Shown here one piece after another: positions 37,381-51,949 of a stretch of DNA of 64,000 nt. The notes under the pieces were generated by a model that did no database searches, was not told the origin of the DNA, and saw nothing but the letters and a program-made list of their open reading frames with translations. A program made the translations under genes and the position numbers. Each line of letters opens with the position of its first letter. Within the stretch, counting starts at the first letter, position 1. Source of the stretch: the human T2T-CHM13v2.0 reference genome, Homo sapiens; NCBI RefSeq assembly GCF_009914755.1, contig NC_060925.1; one strand, given 5' to 3'.

Positions 37381-40300
37381 GCACTGGTCTCTGTGTGGAC
37401 CCCAGTTGGCCCCCAGGATGGGGACAACTGTACTCACATGACAGGTGAGGACACTGAGACTAAGGGGGTAGTGACCCACCAAGATCACACTGGAAAGCCC
37501 CACAATGAAATCTGCTCTCTGGATGGGGGAGGTGCTGCCTGCTCCAATCGCACTTTCTCCACTGCCCTGCCCTTTAGAGGGAGAGCGGGGCTCCAGGGCT
37601 CCCCCCAGGGCCCTGAGTGATCAGCAGAGGGACCCTGGGAAGGGAGCAGGCTCTGTTCTCTGACAGACCCAGGTCCATGTCCTGGCCCTGCCACTCAGCA
37701 GCATGTAACTATGAATCAGTCACTTAGTTGCTCTGAGCCACAGTTTCCTCTTTTGCAAAGTGGGGCAGTAGCAGCATGTTGGGCGGATGGGAGCAGGGAC
37801 AGGCACAGGTGCCTGGCACACAGTAGGTGCTCAGTAACTACTGTGCTTTCCTGTCCCCCTTGAGGCTGAGGCTCCTGAAGATGTGACTCTGGCACTGGGG
37901 CCTGATGGTCCCCTCCGTGGGGTCTAAAACTCTCCCTGGGGGCCGCTGAGAGTGGGAGAAGAGGCTGGGCCGACCACAGCCCACAGACCACCTCTTGGGA
38001 GGATGATGTCCCTTCAGAGGACAGCTGGGTTCCTGGCCAAGACAAACCTAATGCCTGGGCTCTGCTGCCTGGACCCCAGGACCCGACTCTGTCACTCATG
38101 GTCATGCCCTGTCACCTGTGTGGTCACCACATTGCCAAATATATTAACAACCATCCCTACTTGGGCACTCACATGGGTGCACTGTCCCGTCTCATTTAAT
38201 TCTCACAACAGTCCTATGCTGGAGGGACAGTCACTATAGCCAGGAGGAGATGAGGAAAAAGGCTTAGAGAGGAGAAATGAACAGCCGGGAAGTAGGCACA
38301 TTGGCTTGGCTGCCCCTGGGGCCCTGGCTGTTACCTTCACCCTGTCACCACCCCCTGAGTACCCTCCCCATCACACTATCATCTGTCACTGACTCCACCT
38401 CCCAGCCAAGGTGCTGCCTGCCCCCTGCCACCCCCAGTCACTGCACACACAAGCACCCACCCCACAGACACACGCTCTTGGGGGGCACAGTACGCACATT
38501 ATGCACGCATGAGGGATCCCACCCCCAGATGTGTCTCTGCGTCCCCATTCACACCCACTAACTCAGACTCCTCCCTGTATAAAGTCCCCCTCAGGGCCTC
38601 ATCTTACCAACTCTTCTTTCTCACATGTCTTAAAACTCACCCTCAGATTTAAAGCTGAAGAGAGAGAGAGGTGAAGGGAGTCAAATCTCATTTTATTTAT
38701 TAGTGGCAGTAAAGCAACGTTTCAAGGGATAATTATAATAATTAAAAATCCTGTTGTCACCTGTGGGGAGGAAGGTGCTGCCTGCACAGCCAGCTGTGGC
38801 TGGTGAGTGGCCAGAGGGTTCTGATAACAAGATCAGCTCCAACTACTCCCAGGTCCCAAGGTAAGTCTGCTGGGCATTTTAATGCTAGAGGACAGAGTTC
38901 AGGAAGGGGAGGCTGAGGGTGTATGACCAGGTGACCCTCACTCATACGGCCCAAGAGCCCTTGGCTTGGCCTGAGGAGACAAGAGGAACCAGGTGGGCTC
39001 AGCCTCACCCATGAGCTCGTGCTGAGTGTGGGTGCCCCATGTCCCTGTGGGAGGGGGTGACCTCACTGGGCTGTGGGTCCTCTCCCAGGCTGTGGGCAGT
39101 GTCTGCTCTGGGGACAGCCTGGCTTGGGCTCTGCACTGAACCACTGTGTGACCTTGGGTGTGTCACCCACCCACTCTGCCCTGGTATAGCTCTTGGCCAC
39201 CGACAAAGCCAAGCTCCCTGCTGTAGCCACCTGACACCCAGCCCAAGGGAGCCCCATGAAAGCAGGGCCCTGTCTCCACTGCCCACCTCCACACCTGTTC
39301 CCAGTGCCCAGACCAGGGCCTGGCACACAGCAGCCTCCCTGGAAATATTCAATATTTGTTGGAGGATTCCAAGAATGTGTAAATAAACAGGACAAATCCA
39401 GGAGGTAGGCTGTCTTATCCCCATCTAATGCAGGAGACTGAGGCTCAGAGGTGAAGGGACCCACCTGAAGTCACATAACTGGTCAGAAAGAGGAAGCTGA
39501 GGGCTGCTCTTCCAAGGGGGACAAGGTCCAAGACAGGGCTGGGGAGCAGCATGGATCCTGGGAGAGACAGCTGAGCTGCTGTGCCTGCAGATGAGAAGTC
39601 AAATGCTTTACAAGACTCAGCCCCCACCTGGGAAACTCAAGCCATCTGGGAGGCCCCAGTGATGGTGGCCTTGGGGAAAAGGGGGAGAAGAGATGGGGGG
39701 CAGCCTCATTTGCATAAAGGCCTCACCTCTGCCCATAAACTGAGCTTTCAGGGGCAGGGACACCAGGGCCTGGCCAGTCACCAGGAGGCTGGGGGCAGAG
39801 GAGGGTGGAGCAGGGCCAGGCCCTGACCAGGTCAGCAGCCAAGTCCCATCCCTGTGCTCCTGGCACCTCTTCCCATCTGGCTCTTCCCTCCCTGACCTCA
39901 GTAGGTCCTCCCAACAGCTCTGCATCAAGGGCAGGAATAATCATCTCTGCTTTGCTGATGAGGCAGCTGAGGCCCAGCGAGACCAAGTGTCTTGCTCAAG
40001 GTCACACAGCAAGTCTGCAGCAGACCCAGAACTGACCAGGCCCTGACTCGCAGCCCAGGGTGCTGAGTTCTGCCCCTCTGGCTTCCTTCTGGCTGCCCTG
40101 GCCCGGGGCCTGTGCTGGGCTCCCCGACACTGTCCTGTCCTCTGCTACCACCAGCCCCCTCTGCTCCACCAAACGCCGCAGCCAGGGCTTAGTTCAGAGC
40201 TGCTGGAGACTCCAAGCCCCCTCTCCAGCCTCCACCCCTGAGCCTAGCCCCTTTTCCCCAGCTGTTCCCAGACACTGGGTCAGGGAGACACAGAATGCTG

Positions 40301-41789
40301 GGGCTGGCAGGGACCCCAGGAAGCCTCTGGCCCAATCCTCTGGAGCGGCAGGTGGGAGCAGTGGGCTTTCAGTGGCCACCCTGTGCCCCTCACCTCCATC
40401 CCAGAAGCCCTCCAGGGCCTGAATTGGGGAGCTGCTCTTCTCCCTGCATGTCCCCCCTGCTTCCGGCCTTATTTATTCCCCAGCAGATTCTGAGTCAAGG
40501 TGTAAGGTTTGATTTACAAACTTTCAGGGGAAGGAGGGTGGCTGGCTGCACCTGCAGCTGAGAGGCCGAGGTGATTTACTCTGCCAGGAAATGTCTGTCT
40601 CTCAGGAGGGATCAACCAGGCCCTCCTCCTTGAAGCTGGGATTTACTGAGGCTTCTGTTTCCCAGGGAGCTGCATGGTGGCTTTGTGGGTGCTGGGGTGA
40701 GGGTGAGGGTACAACCAAGGTGGAAGGAGCCATGGGGATTCACATGCAGTAAAGAGCAAACCTAGACGGTGTGGTCGGGATGAAGAGGTTAAACTTAAGT
40801 GTCACTGGAGGCCTAGGACTGATTCCTGCCCCATCACGGCCAGGCTTGTGTGACCCTGGGAGCTTGACACATAGTAGGGGCTCAGGAAAGTTGAGTTCTC
40901 CCCCAGCTCATCTGAGGTCTCCCTTTCCCTGCCCCGGCCACTTCTTCCAGGTCCCCCCCAACTCCTTGCCCTAGGCTTTCCTCCAAGCCCCCTGCCTGCA
41001 TACGTCTGTCTGTCCTCAGGGAGAGCAGAAGCCTGCCCGTCTCAGGTTCCGTCTTCACTGCAATTCAGGAGAGAGAGCACTGGGGGCCCATGAGCAGGAC
41101 TGGCCTGGCCACTGCATGCCAGGACACCAGGAACGGGTGCTTCATATGTCCAGGGATAGTTAAAGGGGCAGCTACTTCCCTCCTGATGAGTTTGGAAAGG
41201 GCTCTTGGCAGAGTAAAGGGACTCTGGGGCCTGAATTTCTATTATGATCTAAGGGATCAGCAAAATTCTTGAGCCTATCTGATTTCTAATAAGGAAGGAG
41301 GGAGCCTGGTCTCATTAGGGCAGGTGACCCAGGGTCTTACTGGGCAGGGGCAAGGGCTGGGGTTGGATCCTTGTGAGGAGTGGGTAGGAGGCAGCTCCCC
41401 TCCCTCTGAAGGGAACTCCAGGCTACCTGGGCCTCTCAGGTTGGGACCCCAAGACAACCTCGTCCATTCTCAAAGTTGCTATTGCATCCTGTAGGGTGCA
41501 TGTCGAGAGGAGGGGGACTCGAGTCAGATCTCCCAGAACCCAGTGGGGACATCAGAGACCTTGGCTGGTCCTGGCAAATCCCGGTAGCCTCTCTGTCTCC
41601 TGAGCCTGAGTGCTCTTACCTGTAAAGTGGGAGTGGTGATCTCTCCTTCACTTGGCTATTTTCTGAGATAAGTAATGTGAGGAAAGCCCTTGTACAGTGT
41701 GTGACACATATTAGGTCTTCCACAGAGGATCGCTGTGATCATGTGGAAACATATTGCAGCTCCATGAGGGGTAAAGTTAGGCAAAGTGT

Positions 41790-42000
41790 GGATTTGAGAG
41801 CTGGCTGCTGGATTTAGTCTCTGCCTAGCCTGTACCAGCATTGTGACCTGAGGAAGCAACCTAACCGTTCTGTGCCTTGGTTTGCTTATCTATAAAATGG
41901 GGGTAATAATAGTGCTTCCCTCATAGGGTCATTGTGAAGATTAAATGGCATAATACTTATAAAATGCTTAGAACAGAGCCAGGCACAAAACTAGCCAGAT
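41790..42000 (+). mobile_element. MIR SINE
   Basis: tgtgacctgagg...ctataaaatgggggtaataatagtgcttccctcatagggtcattgtgaagattaaat. Confidence 0.8.
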
Positions 42001-42199
42001 GTTAGTTTTTTTTTTAACTGCTGTTTTGACAATGGTTCTTGTCCAGCCTTTACTCATACTGACCCCTGTAGACCTCTGCAGACTGCCTTTGTATCTCTGT
42101 GGCCTGTTAAAGACCTCCATGGTTTCCTCTGAGGTCTGCCCTGCCCTCCTCCCACTCCAGCCACAGCCCCTACCCCCTGCCCACCACACACACAGTAGC

Positions 42200-44090
<1,891 letters not shown>

Positions 44091-44644
44091 GTCTTGGCAC
44101 GTTATTCTTGAACCTCAATTTCCTTATCCATAAAAGGAGAATAATAGCAATAACTATCTGACCCCACCAGAATTGTTGTGAGATTGAATGAGATAATCTA
44201 AGTCAATAATTGGGACAATTATTGGGACAACAATGCTCAGTCTACAATAAGTGCTAAATATATATTATTATATTACTACTAAAACAGCTATTATTCAATA
44301 ACAATGACTGAGGAAATACATAATGAACAAAGACTGCCATGAAGGAGTCATTTGACAGATAAGACTCAGCCACAGCATAGAGAGGTTAAGAAACTTGTCC
44401 AAGACTATATAACTATTAAATAGTAAGCAGTGGAGCAAGGATTTGAATTCAGATCATCTCGTTCCAGAGTCAGTTTTCTCGTTCCTGGTCACAATGTATG
44501 ATTGCAAGAGCAAATTTCCTTTATCATCCAGATAATTCCATTTAGAAGACAGGGAACCGAGTGATCCCAGGAGTCTGAAGAGAAAAGCCATCTAGCAGCT
44601 CTGGTAGCTGTCCATGGTGCTAAACCCATATGGATCCTCTAGCC

Positions 44645-45202
44645 CAGTGGTCCCTAATCTCTTTGGCACCAGGGACTGGTTTTGTGGAGGACAATTTTTT
44701 CCACAGATGGGTAGGTGGGTGGCAGTGGGGTTGGGGTGGGGTGGCGGTAGGGGATGGTTTTGGGATAATTCAAATGCAGTACATTTATTGTGCACTTTAT
44801 TTCTATTATTATTACATTATAATATACAATGAAATAATTATACAACTCCCCATAATGTAGAATCAGTGGGAGCCCTGAGCTTGTTTTCCTGCAACTAGAC
44901 GGTTCCATCTGGGGGTGATGGGGGACAGGGACAGATCATCAGGCATTAGATTCTCATAAGGAGCATGCAACCTAGACCCCTTGCATGTGCAGTTCACAAT
45001 AAGGTTAATGCTTCTATGAGAATCTAATGCCATTGCTGATCTGACAAGAGGTGGAGATCTGGTGGTAATGTGAGCAATGGGGAGCAGCTGTAAATACTGA
45101 TGAAGCTTCATTCACCCTGTTGCTCACCTCCTGCTGTGCAGACCAGTTCCAAACAGGTCACGGACCAGTACCAGTCAATGGCCTGGGGGTTGGGGACCCC
45201 TG
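44645..45202 (+). mobile_element. MER1A hAT-Charlie DNA transposon, full length
   Basis: TIRs cagtggtccctaatc / ggttggggacccctg. 8-bp TSD ctctagcc / ctctagtc fits the Charlie NTCTAGAN target preference. Confidence 0.92.
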
Positions 45203-46274
45203 CTCTAGTCACCACAGAAACCTGTGGCTTCTGGCCACTCTCCTGACCTCCACTCACCTTCTTCCTCTCTCGCCCCACTCCTTGCTCAGAGGTTCAGGAC
45301 ACTGTTGACAACACCCCCTTGGTCTGATTTAACATTCACTCACAAGTATAGCCTTGGACAAGCAATACTGTTGCCAGGTCCCATCTCCCTTTGCTTTTTC
45401 TCCCAATCAAATCTGTGTTTATCCTTGGGTTTTTGGAGAAAACCATAGTTCCTGTCCTCAAGGAGCTATAGGCAATCCAGGGACATAATACATACATTAG
45501 GTAAGAACTAAACATCCTAGGATGGCATACAAAATACTGCAAGTTCTCCTCTAACATTACCTTTTTTTCTCCATGGCTATCTTCCACTTGTAGTCACCGA
45601 TCATAGGATGTATCTCCTACCTCTTTGCCTATCTCTAACTGGAATAGATTCCCACATGCCCAATGAGCTCAGATGTCACTTCTTCCAGGAAGCCTACCGT
45701 CATCCTTATCATCATCACCATTACTCCCAGACTGAGCAGTTTCTCCTAAACTTTTGAAGCTTTTAAGGGTGAAACTAACAACAATGGCAAGAAGATATGG
45801 TGGCATTCCATGTTAACACTGGAGTCCTTCAGAGACATTCTGGGGCAGGGAAGCAGCCCTAGGCTTGGCAGAAGGAGAATTGAAATCTTGTTTGGAACTT
45901 CTCAAATATACTGTGTGGCCATGGGAAAAATGTGCTGTTTCCTTGGGCTTCAGGCACTCCTTTGGGAACATGATGGGGTTCAGGGCAGATGATTCAAAAG
46001 CCATTCCACAAACATGACTTGAGTGCCCACCATGAGCAGGGAACTGGGTCAGGTCCAATTCAGGGACAGGATGTGGCACAGAGGGGAGTCAGACCTGTGT
46101 GGAAGGAGGGAACAGGCAGGAACAGCACCACAGAATCTAGGGGAGACCTGAGCAGAGAAGGGAGGGCCCTACAAGATCTGAGGGTGTCAGGAGCTTCCTG
46201 TGGGAAATAGCATGCCACTCAAACGCTCTGGAGGCTTTATCATAGGAGAGGGAGGACATTTCAGACAGCACAAA

Positions 46275-46555
46275 CGTCCTGGGTTCTAGTGTCCTAGGGC
46301 ACATGATTCTGAGCTCTGGGCTCTGTAATTATGGGTTCAGTGTCTTATTCTCTGTTCTAGATTCCCTGTTTCTGAATTCGGTGACTCTGGGTTTTGCATT
46401 TCTGGGTTTGGAATTTTGTGATTCTGAGGTCTGTACCTCTAGATTCTGTAGTTCTAGGTTTTATTATCTATAGCTCTGGGGCCCAGGATTATACATTCTG
46501 GATTCTGGCATATATCATTTTGGATTCTGGCTTCTGGATTTTATGGTCTGAGTAC
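46275..46555 (+). repeat. Degenerate (GA)TTCTG/TTCTAG short-period repeat tract
   Basis: Many copies of ttctg/ttctag/ctctgg/gattctg over ~280 bp. Confidence 0.6.
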
Positions 46556-49500
46556 TGTGCCCTATTTATTCCTCTTCAAATACAAAGGCAGGTGTGGGAG
46601 AAGAGAAGATCCCTATGATCTCCCAGCTCCTCTGAAGAATGTGGCCTCCCTACCCACCTCCTCCCATCCTTTCCCACTCTGCCATGCACTCCTCCCCCTC
46701 CCAGTTGTCTTGGCCTTAAGAAAGGGCCCCACACAGGTTGGGGGATAAGCTAAGAAAGGGTGTGGATTGAAGGGCCATTATGCCTGACTCAGCAGGGCTG
46801 AAAGTAACTGTCTCTAGACTCCACCCAGCCCCAGGGAATGGATGGTCTGGACTGGGACCTGCCCTCTGCAAACAGGTGCTATGTTCTGAAATAGCCCAAG
46901 GGCTTACTTCTCAGTGAAGGAGAAGGAAAGAGTGAGATTTCAGGGACCCTTAAAGACACTGTGCATGCTCAAGGACTCACCTGAGAGTGACTTCACCCCT
47001 TTGGGTGCAGTATGGCCCTACCGCAGTTGCATCCCTCTGTCTGCTTCTCCAGACTTCTGACAATGATGGTCCCACCTACCCACTCCATTCCACTTGAGCC
47101 AAATCGACAGAGACAGCAAGCAGGGAAGTCACTGCAACTCCTCCCCAACCCACACCCACATGCGCATGCACACGCATACACACACACGTCTTGGGCTCCT
47201 GAGAATTCTGGGTCTCTTGGGGGAGAGTCTGTTGTTCAGGATATAAGAATACTTTGAGCCCAAGGACAGACGTGCACATTTGTTTCAGGGTGTGGGTGTG
47301 CATGAGTGTGACTTTGTGTGTGTGCCAGAGGTCTGAGGCTGAGGCCGTGGCTATCCCTGAGGGTGAGGGTGGTGGTCTCGAGAGAGTGCTTTCCTTCCAG
47401 AGCATGTAGGCCCCTGTCTCGGCAGGTCTGCTGTACCCCCTGCCAGTCCTGCTTGTGGTTGGACGCTCTCTCTGAGCTGCTGCCCCCACCTCTTGAAACT
47501 CTGGGCCACAGGGGTGGGGACAGAAAGCCAACTCTTCTCTATTTGTTTTTTCAATGATGGAACCAAACACATTTAAATTTAAACTCTTCACAGGAGATAA
47601 TTTTTCCTAATCACTCAGCTTTCTGCACAGATCTCCACGACTTGATTACTTCTAATTAGGTTAATAAAATGGAGAGTGATTTCTTTTCTCTGAATATATG
47701 AATGGTCTCCGAGACAGCCCCAGTGTTGCAGAGCCCAGAGTGGGGCCTGCCCAGATGAGACCTCTGTCCTCCGAGTGGCAGAGGGACTTGCCCAGGGTCA
47801 CACCACAAGCCAGTTGAACTCAGGTTTGTCTGCTTCAGAAACCCAAACTCTTAATCATCACATGATTGGCAGGAGAGCATCCCCCCCACTTCCCACCTAG
47901 GAGAGCATGGGATCAATGGTTGCATCCTCCCCAGGGTCACGGCAGTGGGGCTGGGACCCAGGGAGGCCTAGAGAACTGGCGTCAGGGTGTGGGTCTCTCC
48001 TGGACAAAACCTCCCTCAGGTCCCTTTCTAACTGCAGACCCTGTCTGTGACCTGAATCACAGAGTCCCTTTCACCATAAATAGGGTTGGGGAAATGATTC
48101 CAGGAAACCAGAATTGCCAAAATACCAGGGTGCTTGGAAGAACATTGTAGAGTTGCTGGCCAAGGAGTTCAGAGAGACCCAGGGAGGCACCTGGCCCTCT
48201 GCCCTGACTCATCCTGGACATCTGTGGTCTATGTCTATGGAAGTAGGTCACCGTCAGAGCCCTGCCAGACATTGCCCCATACAACCTCAGAGGGCTGACC
48301 CCACCCCTCATGGCTGAGGCCACTTGGCCCTGCTCCCAGGCTCACTGCCTGAGCCCTGGATTGGTCCTGACCTATAGCGGTTTTACTCCATGGGGTTCAT
48401 CACCAAGGCCTGGACTCTGGGCTTCGGCCCCAGTGCTGGGCACTTTACATACACTGTCATCATCTCCTCCTTCCAGCCCTCTCTGTGCTCTGCAACTATT
48501 CATTGAATCCTCACCCTGTGTGACCCTGCTGAGAGCTTCTCAGAGCCTCAGTTTCCCCATCTATAAAAGAGATTTAGACTCAGTTTTTTGGAGGACTTTC
48601 TGATTATGGCATCTTAGGATTAACTTTTCCTCCTTTTCTCTTTCTCTTCTCTGCTTTTCACTTTCTCTTTCAACTTGAAGTTGATCCGGGGTAGCCCAAA
48701 TGGGGTCACACGGTGACACTTATTATTAGCCTCTATCAGCAAAGTGGACACTCACTCTAGCAGCCCCAGGATGGACACAGAGATAAAATCCACGTCTGGG
48801 AAAACAAAGGGACTCCTTGTTCCCGCAAGTACACAGACACACTTGCACACCCTACTTTGTGCTGAGACTCATCTGCAGGAAAAGCCACCACCAGCTCAAA
48901 GAGATGGGATTTATCAACCAGCGCCAGCCCCAGGGCCGGGCCTGCACCCTCCCATGGCCCAGAACCAGCTGCCACCATCTGGTCCATCCATATTTCTCTG
49001 AGGACAGAGCTGGCGAGGGACCAGCCCAGGAAGGCAGGAGACAGAGCGTCTGGAGCCAGAAGCCTAAAGACAGGTTAATCCACATCCTGTGGCTACAGAC
49101 AGGCCCAGGGGATAATTTGGAGAAAGGGGACAGGCAAGTATACAGCCAAGGGGCCTGGACTCCCCATGTGGAGCCACAGACTGGAGGGTAAATAGAGGGC
49201 TGAGAGCTTCCACTAAGCAGAGTCGGCACCTGCCCGGCCCTGTGGGTGAGCATCCCCTCAGAACTTTGCACCCTGGGTGCCTCAGTCTATCCTCCCAAGG
49301 GGTGACATAAGGCCCTGCCAGTTCCGTCCCTCCTTGCATGGCTGTGGCTGCTGAGCCCCCACTGGGCAACAAGAGGCTCCAGAGCAAAGGGCCAGTCCTG
49401 CCCCAGCAGAGGGAGCTTAAAGGGTACCAGGGCTGGGAATGTGGGGAAGGGCAGGTGTGGATTTTGGGACTGGCCTGGTGTTGAATCGCCGCCACTGGTT

Positions 49501-51094
49501 CACCCTGAGCAGCTTCCTCTCCCTCTCTGAGCCTCAGTTTCCTCGTCTGCTAAATGGGGCAAGAAGCCTGCCTGGGAGGACACGTGGGCTCCCCTGGGCA
49601 CGGGAGGGGCATCCGCAAGGACTCAGTGCATATTTATTCCCATCCTCTCTGCAGACCCATGGCACCTGGCTTCAAGTCAACGCCAAGCAAATACCTATGA
49701 ACCTGGTGAGAGAATGAAACGAGCTCATGCTTGCGTCTGCACTCACGGCAGCACAGTCTAAAGCCATGTTGGGAAATTGAACAACCAGAGTCCTCACTGG
49801 ATAGCACCCTTGGGGTTTGGCTCTCAGACATCAGGGAGGCTTGCCTTAGGCTGGGCAAGAATTGGATAGAAGAGGGGAAGACAGGCAAGGAGGGGAGACA
49901 GCATGTGCAAAAGGGAGAGGGGCCAAGGTGAGGCCACACCCTCTTTCATACTCCCTACCAAAGGCTGATGGGGAAGAGTTTGGGTTTGGAATGGGGCAGA
50001 TTTGGGTTCAACCTGGGCAGGTCCCTCTGAACTCAGAGGACCCATGTTGTCAGCTATGAAATGGGGGGAATGGCACCCCCTCCTCACAGGGTGGTCATGA
50101 GGCTGGCACAGGCATTTTGTGTGTGTACAGCCCCAGCACAGTGCCAGGCACCCAGGGACGCTCTGTGCCCGGGTTTCCTGCCCCTCTGCCAGCTCATCCA
50201 GGTCAGCTGCTCCCCTCTGCCCCACATGTGGCCTCCCCACCTGGTCACGTGTGGTCTGAGCAGGGAGTGGGCTTTGGTGCAGGGACCTGGGGGTTTGAGG
50301 ACATGCCACCCATCTTGGAGAAGACCACTGTGTTCTACCTGGAGGGATGGAGCCCATCCAGCCCCCACCCAGCAGGAACCTGGCAAACAGAGAGGTCAAG
50401 GGAGTGGCCCAAAGTCACCAGCCCCAACCCGGCCTCTAAGTGCTCTGCTCTGTAACCAGCCCTGGAGTGGATGGGGCCCCTGTCTACAAACACCTGAACT
50501 GAGAGCCTCAAGGATTCTTCTCTGCCCTCTGTCATCCCTCTTTCCTCATATGTTCTTGCTCACCAGTCTGAGAAGAGCCTGGAAACAGGAGCCAGGGTCC
50601 CTGGGGGCCCAGGTCAGTGATCTGCAGAGCCATCTGGCTGAGGCCTTGGCCTGTGCTGGGAAGGGGAGGGTTAAGGCTTGAGCAGCCCTTCCTGGTTAGT
50701 GTTTAACTTGCAGTTTCTGAAGGCCATCAGGAGCCCCATGGAGTTAATGTTTTCTCTCTTAATGACACTGCAGCACATTAAAGAGGGACCCATCTTCCAG
50801 CTGACATTGAAGAGAGGCCATTCATTACCCAGGATGGCCTGGGTTGGCAGCTGGAATAACTTTCCCAGAGACCTGCCTGGGTGGGGGAAGGGTCTTTTTA
50901 TCCCTGCCATCAGCAAATCCTGCCTGGTTCCTCCGACATTAGCTCCAGGAGAGGACAGTCTGAGAAGACATTGAGACAGGCTAGTGCTTTGCTTAGCACA
51001 AGAGAGAGCTCACAGTCCCAGTGGACCACAAGTCGGCAGCTACCTGCCTGAATGTGCCACACTACCTTTCCTCTTTTTCCACACTTTCTTCTTC

Positions 51095-51910
51095 CCCTTT
51101 TTCTCCAGGCAATCACTGGTCTGCTTTCTGTCACTATAGATTAGTTTGCATTTTTTACAATTTTATATAACTCAATTATAAGGCATGTACTTTTGCCTGT
51201 TTGTTTCCCACTCAGCCTAATTACCTTCAGTTTTACCCAGCTGTTGCATGTATCAAAGTTTGCTCCTTTTTATTGCCAAGTAGTAATCGATTGTATGGCT
51301 ATACTGTCATTTGTGAATCCATTCCCCTGGTCATGGACATTGAGGTTGTTTTCAGTTTTCTGATATTGCAAACAAAGCTGCTACGAAAATTTGTGTGCAA
51401 GTCTTTGCATAAACTTTTATATTCACTTTTCTTGGGAAAATATCTAGTTGTGGAATGGGCTGGTCATATGCTTGGTTGCATGTTTAACTTGCAAACTGTT
51501 TTGCAAAGGGCTCTTGCCATTTTCCACTTCCACCTGCAATGCAGAGGGGTTGCCGTTGCTCCTTATCCTCCCATCATTTGATAATGTCAGTTTTTTTTTA
51601 AATTTTAACCATTCTAATAGGCATGTGGTAGTATCTCACTGCGGTTTTCATTCATGTTTTTCTAATAACTAAAGATGTCGAGTGCCTTTTCATGTACTTA
51701 TTTGTCACCCACATGTATTTAAGTCTCTTGCTCATTAAAAAAATTGGATTATTTTCTTTTTATTGAGCTTAAGAGTTCTGTATAGATTCTCGAAATAAGT
51801 CCTTTGTCAGATATAAGATTTGCAGATATTTTCTTCTAGTCTGCGGCTTGTCTTTTTCAATCTTTTACCAGTGCTTTTTGAAGCTTAAAAGTTTTCAGAT
51901 TTAATGAGGC
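51095..51910 (-). mobile_element. Old L1 (L1MD/ME-like) 3' end
   Basis: ccaggcaatcactggtctgctttctgtcactatagattagtttgcatttt...ccattctaataggcatgtggtagtatctcac...aataagtcctttgtcagatat. Confidence 0.85.
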
Positions 51911-51949
51911 TACACTTCCGACCTTGCTGCCCATTATGATAATTATGCT

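Noticed and set aside
49824-50681. Longest ORFs (206 aa on +, 191 aa on -), overlapping
   Set aside because: Pro/Gly/Leu/Cys-rich with no recognisable domain, open on both strands in GC-rich DNA, and partly MIR-derived. These are chance ORFs.
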